DNA of 64,000 bases from an uncultured Spirochaetales bacterium (GTDB lineage: Bacteria; Myxococcota_A; UBA9160; SMWR01), in the NCBI GenBank assembly GCA_964624475.1, contig CAZUYC010000083.1:50368-114367 (forward strand). Reading direction: 5' to 3'. Positions 17,591 through 27,492 of the stretch are shown here, in pieces. A model generated the notes under the pieces. It did no database searches and had not been told where the DNA came from. It worked only from the letters and a program-made list of their open reading frames with translations. The position numbers and the translations under genes were made by a program. Positions within the stretch are counted from its first letter, which is position 1. Every line of letters begins with the position of its first letter.

Positions 17591-18799
17591 CTACTTCCCC
17601 TTGCGCAGGTCGCGCGGCAGCCCGAGCCCGCGCTCGCCGATGATGTTGCGCTGGATGTTCGAGGCGCCGCCGGCGATCGGCGGGCCGAGCGAGAAGAGGT
17701 ACTGCTCGACGAAGCCGGTGGCGGTCCCGGTGTTGCCGTAGTCCGCGACGTCGGCCTCGGTGGGCGCGAGGAGCCCCTCGGCGCCGAGCAGGTCGTAGGC
17801 GCAGCGGGCGATCTCCTCGCCGAGCCGCGTCGAGTAGAGCTTCGTCACGAGGAGCGAGAGCAGGACCTCGTGCTCCTCGCCGCGAGCGCTGGCGCTGAGC
17901 TGGCGCATCGTCGAGGTCTCGGCGCAGCGCAGATGGCCCTCGATCGCGGCGAGTCGCTGGCGCAGGGCGGGGTCCGCGAGGGCCGGGCGCCCCCCGCGCC
18001 GCGTGCGCCGGGCGAAGTCCACGAGCTGGCGCCACTGCTCGCGCAGCAGGTGCGGGCTGCCCATCAGCTTGCGCTCGTGGAGGAGCGTCACGCGCGAAAC
18101 CTGCCAGCCCTCGCCGCGCCGGCCGACGACGTTCTCGGCCGCCGTCACCGCCCCGTCGAGGAAGACCTCGTTGAACTCGACGCCCCCGGTGAGCTGCCGG
18201 AGCGGGCGAACCAGGATCCCGGGCTGGCGCATCGGGATCAGGAGATAGGAGATCCCGGCGTGCTTCGGCGCGTCGGGCTCCGTGCGGAAGAGGCCGAACA
18301 TCCAGTCCGCCTGGTGGGCGCGGCTCGTCCAGAGCTTGTGGCCGTGGACCACCCACCGGTCGCCCTCGAGGACGGCGCGGCTCGCGAGCGAGGCGAGGTC
18401 GCTCCCGGCGCCGGGCTCGCTGTAGCCCTGGCACCAGACGAGCTCGCCGCGCAGCGTCCCGGGGATGAAGCGGCCGCGCTGCTCCTCGCTGCCGCAGGCG
18501 AGCAGCGTCGGCGCGAGCAGCGCCGGCCCCTGGAGCAGGAGGTCGCCGGGAGCGCCGGCGCACCAGTACTCCTCGCGGATGATCGCATCGGCGAGCGGGT
18601 CGGGCGGCTGCTCCGAGCCTCCGTAGAGCCTCGGGAACTCGCGGTACACGTAGCCGCGCTCGACCCCGCGCCGGCGGAAGAGCACCTCCTGCTCGGGCCG
18701 GGGCAGCGCGGCCTCCGCGCCGCCGAGCGGCCAGCCGCGCAGGAACTCGCGCAGCTCCGCGCGCAGCGTCTCGTACTTCTCCCCGTACTCGAGGTTCAC
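17591..18799 (-). CDS. Acyl-CoA dehydrogenase (catalytic/alpha-type subunit)
   Basis: WCQGYSEPGAGSDLASL, GHKLWTS, IAGGASNIQRNII; start GTG 18799. Confidence 0.9.
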   Translation of the reverse strand: MNLEYGEKYETLRAELREFLRGWPLGGAEAALPRPEQEVLFRRRGVERGYVYREFPRLYGGSEQPPDPLADAIIREEYWCAGAPGDLLLQGPALLAPTLLACGSEEQRGRFIPGTLRGELVWCQGYSEPGAGSDLASLASRAVLEGDRWVVHGHKLWTSRAHQADWMFGLFRTEPDAPKHAGISYLLIPMRQPGILVRPLRQLTGGVEFNEVFLDGAVTAAENVVGRRGEGWQVSRVTLLHERKLMGSPHLLREQWRQLVDFARRTRRGGRPALADPALRQRLAAIEGHLRCAETSTMRQLSASARGEEHEVLLSLLVTKLYSTRLGEEIARCAYDLLGAEGLLAPTEADVADYGNTGTATGFVEQYLFSLGPPIAGGASNIQRNIIGERGLGLPRDLRKGK

Positions 18800-18803
18800 C
18801 GCC

Positions 18804-19883
18804 CTACCACCCCGCGAGCGCGGCCTGCCGCTCGCGGTGGACCTCGGGCGTGCCGAGGAAGGCGCGGTCGAACATGGCGCGCTTGAGCCAGATCTGGACA
18901 TCGCACTCCCAGGTGAAGCCGATCCCGCCGTGGAGCTGCACGGCGGCGCGCGCTGCCTCGAGCGCGCGGTCGGTGACGTGCGCCTTGGCGAGCGCCGCGC
19001 TGCGCTCTGCATCGCCCTGGACGTGGTCCTGCGCGTGGGCGGCGTACCAGACGAGCGCCCGCATCGGCTCGATCTCGCTGGCGAGGTCCGCGAGCTGGTG
19101 CTTCACCGCCTGGAATTGGGCGATCGGCTGGCCGAACTGCTCGCGCGTTCGCGCGTAGGCGAGCGTGAGTTCGAGGAGCTTCTCCGCCGCGCCGAAGGCG
19201 TCGGCGGCGAGCAGCACGAGCCCCGCGTCGCGCACGCGGCCGGCCGCCGCGGCGCCTCCGGGGAGGAGCTCGCAGGGTGAGCTCGCGAAATGGACGCTCG
19301 CGAGCGGGCGCGTGCGGTCGATCGCGCCGACGGGCTCGACCCGCACGCCGCTCGCGCCGCGCAGGACGAGCGCGAGGGTAGCTCCGGCCGTGCCCACGAC
19401 GAGGAGATCGGCCTGCGCGGCGCACGGCACCCACGCCTTCGCGCCCGTGAGTCGCCCACCGCTCGCGACGGGCGTCCACGTCTCGGGCAGGAACCCCCCG
19501 TCCGCCTCGCCGAGGGCGACGGTTCCGATCGCTTCGCCGGACGCGAGGCGCGGGAGCCAGCGCGCGCGCTGCTCGGGGCTCCCGCCGGTCGCGAGCGCCA
19601 CGCCCGCGAGCGCGTGGCCGAGGAAGGGGCCCGGTAGCGCCGCGGCGCCGAGCGCCTCGGCCGCGAGCGCCAGGTCGAGCAGCTCGAGCCCCGCGCCGCC
19701 GTACGCCTCGGGCAGGCCGAGGCCCGCGACGCCGAGCTCGGCGAGCCCGCGCCACAGGGCCGCGTCGCCCCCCGTGCCCGCCTCGAAGTGCTCGCGCAGC
19801 CGCGCGGCGGGGCACTCCCTGGCGGCGAAGCCGCGCACCGTCTCCTGGAGGAGCTTCTGCTCCTCGGCGAGGCCGAACTCCAT
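18804..19883 (-). CDS. Acyl-CoA dehydrogenase (short, beta-type subunit)
   Basis: MEFGLAEEQ, REQFGQPIAQFQAVKH, QLHGGIGFTWE; 4 bp from its partner ACAD. Confidence 0.9.
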   Translation of the reverse strand: MEFGLAEEQKLLQETVRGFAARECPAARLREHFEAGTGGDAALWRGLAELGVAGLGLPEAYGGAGLELLDLALAAEALGAAALPGPFLGHALAGVALATGGSPEQRARWLPRLASGEAIGTVALGEADGGFLPETWTPVASGGRLTGAKAWVPCAAQADLLVVGTAGATLALVLRGASGVRVEPVGAIDRTRPLASVHFASSPCELLPGGAAAAGRVRDAGLVLLAADAFGAAEKLLELTLAYARTREQFGQPIAQFQAVKHQLADLASEIEPMRALVWYAAHAQDHVQGDAERSAALAKAHVTDRALEAARAAVQLHGGIGFTWECDVQIWLKRAMFDRAFLGTPEVHRERQAALAGW

Positions 19884-19892
19884 TCCGTGGCA

Positions 19893-19940
19893 CTCCGCTC
19901 GCCTTACGGCTCGCTGCGCGGCCGCTCCGCGGCCTTGCGG
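19893..19940 (+). repeat. REP-like dispersed repeat, copy 2 (overlaps BKACE 3' end)
   Basis: CTCCGCTCGCCTTACGGCTCGCTGCGCGGCCGCTCCGCGGCCTTGCGG. Confidence 0.75.
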
Positions 19941-20833
19941 GGCGGGAGGCCGAGGATGCGCTCCGCGTCGGCGGACGTCGCGACGGGCCGGCCGACCGCG
20001 GCGGCGAGCGCCGCCGCCTCGCGCACCAGCTCCTCGTTCGTCGGCTTGTTCTCGGGGTGGAAATGCTCCTCGAGGCCCACGTGCAGGTGGCCGCCGAGCT
20101 CGAGCGCGAGCCGCGCGACCGGGGTCGCGAAGAGGTCGCCGCCCCAGACCGAGACCGACCACGGAAGCCCGCTCCCCTCGAGCAGGTCGAGGTAGGCGCG
20201 CAGCGCGTTCTCGGTGGGTGCCAGGCCGAAGCTCACGCCGGGCCGCGTCGCGAAGAGCCCGTACTCGCCCCCGAAGTAGAGCTTCACCATCGCGCCGGCG
20301 GGGAGGCGCCCGGCGCGGTGGAAGGCCAGCGTGGTGCGCAGGAAGCCTGGCTCGTAGATCGCGAGCGAGGGTCCGAGCCGCAGGCGCCGGCACTGGTCGA
20401 AGGCGAAGCGGATGGCGTCGTAGGAATTCGCGTAGACGACGCCCACCGGAAGCCCGTCGGCGTCGGGCCCGCCGAGGTTGGTCGAACCCGGATCGCAGAT
20501 GCCGACGCGCAGCCCGATCTCGCGCGCCAGGATCTCGACGTGCGCGAGGCTCTCGGCCATGTCGGAGCCGACGGCGAGGGTCGGGTACCAGAGCGTGCCG
20601 GGCCGGCGGGCCGTGATCGACCGCCACGCCGCCAGATAGAGGTCCGCCGCGGCGCGCCCGTTCTGCCGGATGTCGTCGTTGTGGGCGTGGATCAGCGAGG
20701 CGCCGGCGTCGAGGCAGCGAATCACGTCCGCCGCGATCTCCTCGGGCTTGCGCGGGACGTTCGGGTTCCTGTCGGGGCGGGTCTCGCCGTTGACCGCCGC
20801 CTCGATCACGACCGGGAGGCTCGGGGTCTGCAT
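19904..20833 (-). CDS. Beta-keto acid cleavage enzyme family (BKACE/DUF849, Kce-like)
   Basis: IEAAVNG, NPNVP..PEEIA, GASLIHAH (HxH), LHVGLEEH; start ATG 20833. Confidence 0.88.
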   Translation of the reverse strand: MQTPSLPVVIEAAVNGETRPDRNPNVPRKPEEIAADVIRCLDAGASLIHAHNDDIRQNGRAAADLYLAAWRSITARRPGTLWYPTLAVGSDMAESLAHVEILAREIGLRVGICDPGSTNLGGPDADGLPVGVVYANSYDAIRFAFDQCRRLRLGPSLAIYEPGFLRTTLAFHRAGRLPAGAMVKLYFGGEYGLFATRPGVSFGLAPTENALRAYLDLLEGSGLPWSVSVWGGDLFATPVARLALELGGHLHVGLEEHFHPENKPTNEELVREAAALAAAVGRPVATSADAERILGLPPRKAAERPRSEP

Positions 20834-20984
20834 GCCGGCGAGGATACCCTCCGGGGCGTTCGCTGCGAAGGCGGGCCGTTCGTACGTTCGGCCCCGCGCG
20901 CCGCGCACCCTGCCACCGCGAGTGTCCCGCTCTCGAGATTCGGGCTATAGGTGAAGCCACCTCGACTCGGAGAGGAGTAGGAAG

Positions 20985-21530
20985 ATGGTGAATCGGATGC
21001 GAATCCAGGCGACGGCCCTGCTGCTCGCGGCGGTCGTGGCGTCGACGGCCCTGGCGGCGGGTCGGCGGGAGCTCGAGCAGGACGCCCACCAGGCGCTCGC
21101 GAGCCTCTACGCGAAGAACACCGCGGCCAGGCTGCTCGGCGAGAAGGCCAAGGCCGTTCTCGTCTTCCCGAACATCGTCAAGGCCGGCTTCATGTTCGGC
21201 GGGCAGATCGGCGACGGGGTCCTCGAGAAGAATGGCAAGGCGGCCGGCTACTACAACTCGGTCGCGGCGTCCTACGGCCTCCAGGCCGGCATCCAGGTAT
21301 TCGGCTACGCGCTCTTCTTCATGAACGACGCTGCGCTCGCCTACCTCGATAAGAGCGCCGGCTTCGAGATCGGCGTCGGTCCGAGCATCGTCGTCGTCGA
21401 TGCGGGCCTCGGCAAGACCCTGACCAGCACGACGATCACGCAGGACGTCTATGCCTTCATCTTCGATCAGAAGGGGCTGATGGCGGGCCTCGGCATCCAG
21501 GGATCGAAGATCACGAAGATCTCCAAGTAG
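20985..21530 (+). CDS. Exported Ysc84/SYLF lipid-binding-domain protein
   Basis: Signal peptide; AKAVLVFPNIVKAGFMFGGQIGDG, SYGLQAG, KGLMAGLGIQGSKIT. Confidence 0.8.
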   Translation: MVNRMRIQATALLLAAVVASTALAAGRRELEQDAHQALASLYAKNTAARLLGEKAKAVLVFPNIVKAGFMFGGQIGDGVLEKNGKAAGYYNSVAASYGLQAGIQVFGYALFFMNDAALAYLDKSAGFEIGVGPSIVVVDAGLGKTLTSTTITQDVYAFIFDQKGLMAGLGIQGSKITKISK

Positions 21531-21577
21531 AGAGCGGCGCTGCTCGAGCGCTGCCGACGAGGAAGGGAGCCAAGGTC

Positions 21578-22090
21578 ATGTCGAAGATACGCCTGCTGCT
21601 CGCGGCCGCCTTGATGCTCGCTGCTTCCGCCGCAGCCCTCCGCGCCGAAGAGCCTCGCGCCGGTCAGGCGGCGGAGGCCAATCTCGATCTCCTGCTCGAC
21701 GCCATCCGGTCCAATCGGAAGGCCCTCGTCGCCGTGAACCTCAAGCTGACCGACGACGAGGCCGCCAGGTTCTGGCCGGTCTACGATCGCTATCAGCAGG
21801 AGATCGACGCGATCGGAGACCGCCTGTCCGGCGTGATCCAGGACTACACCGCGAGCTTTCACGACCTCTCGAACGAGAAGGCGATGAAGCTCGTGGACGA
21901 ATACCTCGCCGTCGAGGCGGAGCGCGTGCAGGTGCGCCGCACCTACCTGGGGGAGTTCGCCAAGAGCCTCCCCGGGCGCACGGTCGCCCGCCTGTACCAG
22001 ATCGAGAACAAGCTCGACGCCGTGATCCGTTACGATCTCGCGGCCGCGATCCCGGTGATCGAGGAGGAGAGCGGCGCCCCGGCGAAGTGA
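21578..22090 (+). CDS. Exported all-helical hypothetical protein
   Basis: Signal peptide, SD AGGAAGGGAG, LKLTDDEAARFWPVYDRY; host-like codon use. Confidence 0.75.
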   Translation: MSKIRLLLAAALMLAASAAALRAEEPRAGQAAEANLDLLLDAIRSNRKALVAVNLKLTDDEAARFWPVYDRYQQEIDAIGDRLSGVIQDYTASFHDLSNEKAMKLVDEYLAVEAERVQVRRTYLGEFAKSLPGRTVARLYQIENKLDAVIRYDLAAAIPVIEEESGAPAK

Positions 22091-22144
22091 ATCCATCCCT
22101 GGGGCTCTGTGCTAGACCCCGCCCGGGGGTCGGATCGGAGGGCG

Positions 22145-22945
22145 ATGAGGACTGGAAGCCGGTCGAGCGCCTGGCGACTGCTGGCCGCGGCGGCGCTGGG
22201 ATCCGCATTCCTGGCGGTGCCCGCGCTCGCGCTCCCGCCGGGCGATCGGGGCTGGCACTTCATCGCGGCCCCCTACCTGTGGCTCCCTTCGATGGACGGC
22301 GAGGTCGAGGTGCGCGGCCAGAAGGCGGACGTGCACGTGACCGTCCTCGACATGCTCAAGTCGGCGGACCTGCTGCTCGGCGTCATGGGGCACTTCGAGG
22401 CACGCAACGGGCGGCTCGGGCTCATCCTGTCACCGACCTGGACCTACCTGAAGAGCGACGACGACTTCGGCCCGATCGAGGTCGAGTCCAAGACCAACCT
22501 GCTCTTCCTCGAGGGGGTCGCGGCCTGGCGCGTCCTCGAGAGCGGGCCCGCCGAGCCCGAGCCGATGTGGTTCCTCGATGCTCTGGCCGGCGTGCGCTGG
22601 ACCTATCAAGCCCTCGAGCTGGATTCCAACGTCGCGCTCCTCGACACCGAGAAGCACGTCGATTGGCTCGATCCGATCGTGGGCGCGCGCGTGGGGATTC
22701 CGCTCGGCGAGCGCTTCCCGCTACGGCTGCGCGGCGACGTCGGAGGCTTCGGCGCGGGCTCGGACTTGAGCTGGCAGGCGATCGGAACCCTCGGCTACCG
22801 CTTCCGGATCTGGAGCTTCCCCGCGGAGTTCTTCGCCGGCTATCGCTCCCTCAAGCAGGACTACCGGCGGGGTAGCGGCAACAGCCGCTACAACTGGGAC
22901 GTCAACCTCCACGGGCCCCTGCTGGGTCTCGCCCTCGGGCTCTGA
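22145..22945 (+). CDS. Putative outer-membrane beta-barrel protein
   Basis: Signal peptide, alternating beta patterns (WHFIAAPYLW, WVDPI-like WLDPIVGAR, LRGDVGGFG, HGPLLGLALGL). Confidence 0.75.
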   Translation: MRTGSRSSAWRLLAAAALGSAFLAVPALALPPGDRGWHFIAAPYLWLPSMDGEVEVRGQKADVHVTVLDMLKSADLLLGVMGHFEARNGRLGLILSPTWTYLKSDDDFGPIEVESKTNLLFLEGVAAWRVLESGPAEPEPMWFLDALAGVRWTYQALELDSNVALLDTEKHVDWLDPIVGARVGIPLGERFPLRLRGDVGGFGAGSDLSWQAIGTLGYRFRIWSFPAEFFAGYRSLKQDYRRGSGNSRYNWDVNLHGPLLGLALGL

Positions 22946-23040
22946 CCGTCTCGGATCCGGGAGCTCCGGCGCCGGGAGGCCAGCTCTAGCTTCGGGAGCG
23001 CCTTCTCATTCGCACATCCCCGATCGACCTCTCCCGGGGG

Positions 23041-24309
23041 TTGCCGGCCATCGTCCTGGTGGGCGCGCTCGTCGTTTCGGGGTGCGCGGATCCCAAGCCG
23101 GTGTCCCCGTTGCCCCAGGCTTCGCTGGGTGGCTTCACCTCCCTCTACGCCGCCAGCCGGCTCGGCGACGCCGAGGCCGTCGAGCGGCTGCTGGCCGAAG
23201 GCGCGGACGTCGAGCGCGGCGCTCGAGCGGGCTGGACGCCCCTTCACGCCGCGGCTGCGGGGGGACACGCGCTCGTGGCGCAGCGGCTGCTCGAGGGCGG
23301 GGCTTCGTTCGAGGCGCGAACGGCCGACGGATGGACGCCCCTCTACCTCGCCGCGCGCGCAGGCCACGTGGAGCTCGCGTCCCAGCTCATCGCCCGCGGC
23401 GCGGACCCCAGCGCCGTCTTCTCCGGGAACTGGACCGTCCTTCACGCCATCGCGCAATCCGACCGGCCGGCTCTCGTCGCCCCACTCCTGGCGCACTCCG
23501 CCGATGTCGACGCGACCACCGACGACGGCACCGCGCCGCTGCACGTCGCTGCCCATCACGGGAGCGCGGGCGCGGCGCGAGCGCTGCTCGCGGGCGGCGC
23601 TGCACCCAACGCGACCGGAGCCGAGGGCGAAACCCCCCTGCACGTCGCGGCACGGGAAGGCCGCACCGAGGTGGCTGGCCTCCTGCTGGACGCCGGTGGA
23701 GCCGTGGACGCGCGCGACTCGCGGGGGGCGACCCCACTGTATCGGTCGGTGGCAGCGGGTCACACCGACACCGTGACGCTCTTGATCGAACGCGGCGCGC
23801 CGCTCGAGGCTCGCGACGACGAGGGCCGCACGCCGCTGCTCGTGGCTGTGGAGTCCGGCGCTGCGAATCTGGTGGCGCTCCTGATTGCGGCGGGTGCGGA
23901 CCTCGAAGCCCGGCGCGAGAAAGGCTCGACGGCGCTGCACGCGGTGGCGGGCACACACTTCGCGCAGGTAGCGAAGCTCCTTCTCGAAGCCGGCGCCGAC
24001 GTCCGCGCGCGGAACGAGGACGCCATGACGCCCCTCCACGTGGCGGCGTTCATGGACCAGCCGGAGGTGGCGACGCTGCTCGTCGATGCCGGCGCCGATC
24101 TCGAAGCACGCGCGGCCTACAGCGCCACCCCGCTCATGCTCGCGGCGCAGTCCGGTAGTGCCGAGATGGTCGCGCTCTTGCTGGCTCGAGGGGCGAATCC
24201 CCGGACGCGCCACGCCGGCGGCAAGACCGCACTCGCCGAAGCGCTGGACCGGGGCCACGCCGACGCCGCCCGCCTGCTGCGAGAGCACGGCGCGGTCAGG
24301 CCGAGGTGA
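23041..24309 (+). CDS. Ankyrin-repeat lipoprotein (12 repeats)
   Basis: Lipobox VSGC; twelve 33-aa repeats of TPLH.AA..G...V..LL..GA type. Confidence 0.9.
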   Translation: MPAIVLVGALVVSGCADPKPVSPLPQASLGGFTSLYAASRLGDAEAVERLLAEGADVERGARAGWTPLHAAAAGGHALVAQRLLEGGASFEARTADGWTPLYLAARAGHVELASQLIARGADPSAVFSGNWTVLHAIAQSDRPALVAPLLAHSADVDATTDDGTAPLHVAAHHGSAGAARALLAGGAAPNATGAEGETPLHVAAREGRTEVAGLLLDAGGAVDARDSRGATPLYRSVAAGHTDTVTLLIERGAPLEARDDEGRTPLLVAVESGAANLVALLIAAGADLEARREKGSTALHAVAGTHFAQVAKLLLEAGADVRARNEDAMTPLHVAAFMDQPEVATLLVDAGADLEARAAYSATPLMLAAQSGSAEMVALLLARGANPRTRHAGGKTALAEALDRGHADAARLLREHGAVRPR

Positions 24310-26558
24310 AGTCTCCGCCCGGCGTGACGGCCCCCAGCACGGCCGCCCCCCCGGGCTCGGCCTGGGACCGCTTCGCGCGGGGCCGCGGGGCGCCGCTGGC
24401 GCTGATCGCCGTCGGCTTCGGCTTCCAGCTCCCCATCTTCGACCGCTGGTTCAGCTTCATGGACGAGGGCCACATCCTCGCCTATGCGGACCTGATCGCG
24501 CAGGGCGGCGAGCTCTATCGCGACGCGACCGTCTACCCCCTTCCGGGCGCCTTCTACCTGCTGTCCTGGGCGTTTCGACTCTTCGAGCCCTCGAACCTCG
24601 TCGCCCGCTGGATCCTCGTGGTGGAGTTCTCCGTCCTGGTCGGCCTGGTCTTCCTGCTCCTCCGCCGGATCGTTCCTCCCGGTTGGGCGCTGGCAGGCGC
24701 GCTGCTGATGCTCCCCTATCGCATCTGGGCCTTCCCACACTGGCACATGTACAGCTACTCGAGCACCGCGCTGCTGCTCCTCTTCTCGGCCCTGCTCGGG
24801 GTCGTCCGCTTCACCGAGAGCGGCGACCGCAGGTGGCTCCTCTTCGCTGGCCTCCTCTTCGGGCTGGGCGTGGCCTGCAAGCAGGACTACGGCGCTGCCG
24901 CGCTGGTCGCCCTCACCCTGGTTCTCTTCGTGGCTGCGCGGACGGCTCCCGCGTCCGGAACCTCGTTCTGGCGGCTCTTCGGCTGGTTCATCGCACCGGC
25001 GGCGGCGGTCGGCCTGGCCATGGCCGCCCACTTCCTGCGCCAGGGCCTCTTCGGCGACTTCATCCGGTTCGCGGTCTTGAACCACTTCGTCGGAATGGCG
25101 AGCTACGCGTACCCGAGCTTTCCGCCGCTCTTCCCGATCGCGGGGCAGGATCCCTTCCTGCGCTCCTACGTGGGCCACGAGTCCTACATGCCCGCGATCG
25201 TCTTGACCCTCGATCTGACCCGGTTGCTCCGGAGCTCCTTCTTCCGCGAGACGGCGCTCTACGACCTGGCGCTCAAGCTGTACTACTTCGCTCCCTACCC
25301 GATGCTCGCGTTCGGGGCGGCCCGGCTGTGGGGGCGCCGGCGCTCGCTGCGCGATGCGAGCGGGCGTCCGGCTGCGTTGGCCGAGCTCGCGCTCTGGGGC
25401 TTCGGATCGACCCTCATCGCGCTCGTGGCGCTGAACCGCCCGCAGGACTACGTCCACCTGGTCGTTCTCTACTGGCCCCTGCTGGGTCTCGGCGTCGTGT
25501 ACCTCCGGGCCCTCGTGGAGGGACGGCGCGCTCTCGCGTGGGGTCTCGCGGTACTGGGGGCGGTGCCCGCCGGGCTTGCGCTCGGCTACACCGGAAGCCT
25601 CGCCTGGCGGCTCCGGACGGAGCACTCGACGCCGGTGGCGAGCGAGCGGTCGGGGCTCTACGTGACGCCCGAGCAGGCGCAGCTGCTCGACGCGCTGGTC
25701 GACTACGTCGAGGCCCACACGGCCCCGGGAGAGGCCGTGGCCGTGATGCCCTACTTCCCGATCCTGCACTTCTATGCGCAGCGCCCGGGGCCGCATCGTT
25801 CGAGCTACATCGTCTGGCCGTTTCCCGAGATTCCCGACCGGGACCGGCGCGTCATCGAGGCGCTCGAGGCGACGCACACGAACGTGCTCATCTACAACCT
25901 GAACCAGTTCCAGGTCTTCGAGGACATGGCGCACTACGCACCGGAGCTCTTCGCCCATCTGGTCGAGCACTTCGAGATGGACCGCGTCTTCAGCTATCAG
26001 TGGCTCGGCTATCGGATCGGTGCCGCGCGCCGGGTGGATGGAGCGGCGCCCGGGCGCCCGTTGCGACCCTCGGAGAGCGAAGCCGCCTCGCTTCGGATCG
26101 AGTCGCGTTACTTCCCGCCGCTGCCGGTCCCGCCGGAGGCGTACGCCGAGTACGTCGCGGAGACGCTCTGGCCCTTCCGGCCGGTGGTTGCGATCAGGCC
26201 TTCACGGCTGGGCTGGACCGTGCTGTCCCTTCCCGCGGAGCTGCCGGAGGGCGCCCGCCTCCAGACGGCGATCACGGTCCACCCGAGCCGCTGGGACCAT
26301 GACGCGTCGACGGCCTTCGAGATCGCCCTCCGGGACGGAGAGCGCCGTCAGGTGCTCTACGAGAGGACGCTGCACCCCGCGGGCGATTTCGCCGATCGGG
26401 GCTGGTTCGAGGTCGATCTCTCCCTCGATGGCTGGGCCGGCCGGCCCGTGCGTCTCGAACTCTCGGCCCGGACGGACGAGCCCGTGGGGGAACACCTGCT
26501 GTCGGCGGGCTTCGAAGTGCCGCGAGTCGTCACGCCGGCGACCGCTCCGGTTCCCTGA
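24306..26558 (+). CDS. Polytopic GT-C-fold (ArnT/PMT-like) glycosyltransferase with C-terminal periplasmic domain
   Basis: N-terminal DEG motif (FMDEGH), many TM helices, GLGVACKQDYG; GTGA overlap with the ankyrin gene. Confidence 0.7.
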   Translation: MKSPPGVTAPSTAAPPGSAWDRFARGRGAPLALIAVGFGFQLPIFDRWFSFMDEGHILAYADLIAQGGELYRDATVYPLPGAFYLLSWAFRLFEPSNLVARWILVVEFSVLVGLVFLLLRRIVPPGWALAGALLMLPYRIWAFPHWHMYSYSSTALLLLFSALLGVVRFTESGDRRWLLFAGLLFGLGVACKQDYGAAALVALTLVLFVAARTAPASGTSFWRLFGWFIAPAAAVGLAMAAHFLRQGLFGDFIRFAVLNHFVGMASYAYPSFPPLFPIAGQDPFLRSYVGHESYMPAIVLTLDLTRLLRSSFFRETALYDLALKLYYFAPYPMLAFGAARLWGRRRSLRDASGRPAALAELALWGFGSTLIALVALNRPQDYVHLVVLYWPLLGLGVVYLRALVEGRRALAWGLAVLGAVPAGLALGYTGSLAWRLRTEHSTPVASERSGLYVTPEQAQLLDALVDYVEAHTAPGEAVAVMPYFPILHFYAQRPGPHRSSYIVWPFPEIPDRDRRVIEALEATHTNVLIYNLNQFQVFEDMAHYAPELFAHLVEHFEMDRVFSYQWLGYRIGAARRVDGAAPGRPLRPSESEAASLRIESRYFPPLPVPPEAYAEYVAETLWPFRPVVAIRPSRLGWTVLSLPAELPEGARLQTAITVHPSRWDHDASTAFEIALRDGERRQVLYERTLHPAGDFADRGWFEVDLSLDGWAGRPVRLELSARTDEPVGEHLLSAGFEVPRVVTPATAPVP

Positions 26559-26612
26559 CGCGGGCGACCTCCGGGAACGCCGGGGGCTATCCGCCCTGTC
26601 CGCCGTGCTCCT

Positions 26613-27428
26613 TCAGGCCAGCGCGCGGAAGTCGACCTGACCGGTGGCGAGCGCGGCCGTGAAGCCCGCGTCGACGGGGAGGTTCACGCCGTTCACCCAG
26701 GCGGAGGCGTCGCTCCCGAGGAAAGCGAGCGCGGGCGCGACGTCGGCCCCCGTCATCATGCGGTCGATCCCCTGCTGCGACACGCTCCAGTCGATGAGTT
26801 TGTCCGACAGGATCGCGCGGAACTCGGCCATCAGCGGGGTGTCGATCGGGCCGGGGCAGACGCTGTTCGTGCGCACGCCGCGGCGGATCGTCGCCCGCGA
26901 CGAGCCCATCGTGTAGCGCTGCACGCACTCCTTCGAGAAGGCGTAGGGATCGGCGACGACCTCCGGATGCCCGGCGATCCAGGCCAGCGAGGCGTCCCAG
27001 TCGGCGATCGCGAGCAGCTCGTCGATCGCGGCGACGCGGGCCGACCACTGGTTCCCGGCCATCGAGGCCGTGTTCACGATGGCGCCCCCGCGCGGGATGC
27101 GCGGGAGCAGGCGCTCGGAGAGGCGGCGCAGGCCGAGCAGGTTGACCGCCAGGACGACCGGCGCGGGCTTCGTCCCGGCCACGCCGGCGTTGTTGAAGAG
27201 CGCGTCGACCCGCCCCTCGATCGCGTCGACCGCCGCGTCGAGCGAGGCGGGGTCGCCGAGGTCGGTCTCCAGGTAGGCGACCGGCCCGGACGGCGGCTTG
27301 CGGTCGAGGACGGTGACCTTCGCCGCGCCGAGCCCGGAGAGGAGCGCGACGAGCGCCGCGCCGACCCCCGAGGAGCCGCCGGTCACGACCACGCGCTTGC
27401 CGTCGTAGCAGAACGGATTCGGAGCCAT
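26613..27428 (-). CDS. SDR oxidoreductase (3-alpha-HSD / coniferyl-alcohol dehydrogenase-like)
   Basis: VVVTGGSSGVG, NNAG, YAFSK; start ATG 27428. Confidence 0.88.
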   Translation of the reverse strand: MAPNPFCYDGKRVVVTGGSSGVGAALVALLSGLGAAKVTVLDRKPPSGPVAYLETDLGDPASLDAAVDAIEGRVDALFNNAGVAGTKPAPVVLAVNLLGLRRLSERLLPRIPRGGAIVNTASMAGNQWSARVAAIDELLAIADWDASLAWIAGHPEVVADPYAFSKECVQRYTMGSSRATIRRGVRTNSVCPGPIDTPLMAEFRAILSDKLIDWSVSQQGIDRMMTGADVAPALAFLGSDASAWVNGVNLPVDAGFTAALATGQVDFRALA

Positions 27429-27492
27429 GGGGCCACCTCGGCGTCCGTCCTGCCGTCTCCGCCGCGTTCGAGGACCCGGGGTGGGCCCGGCT

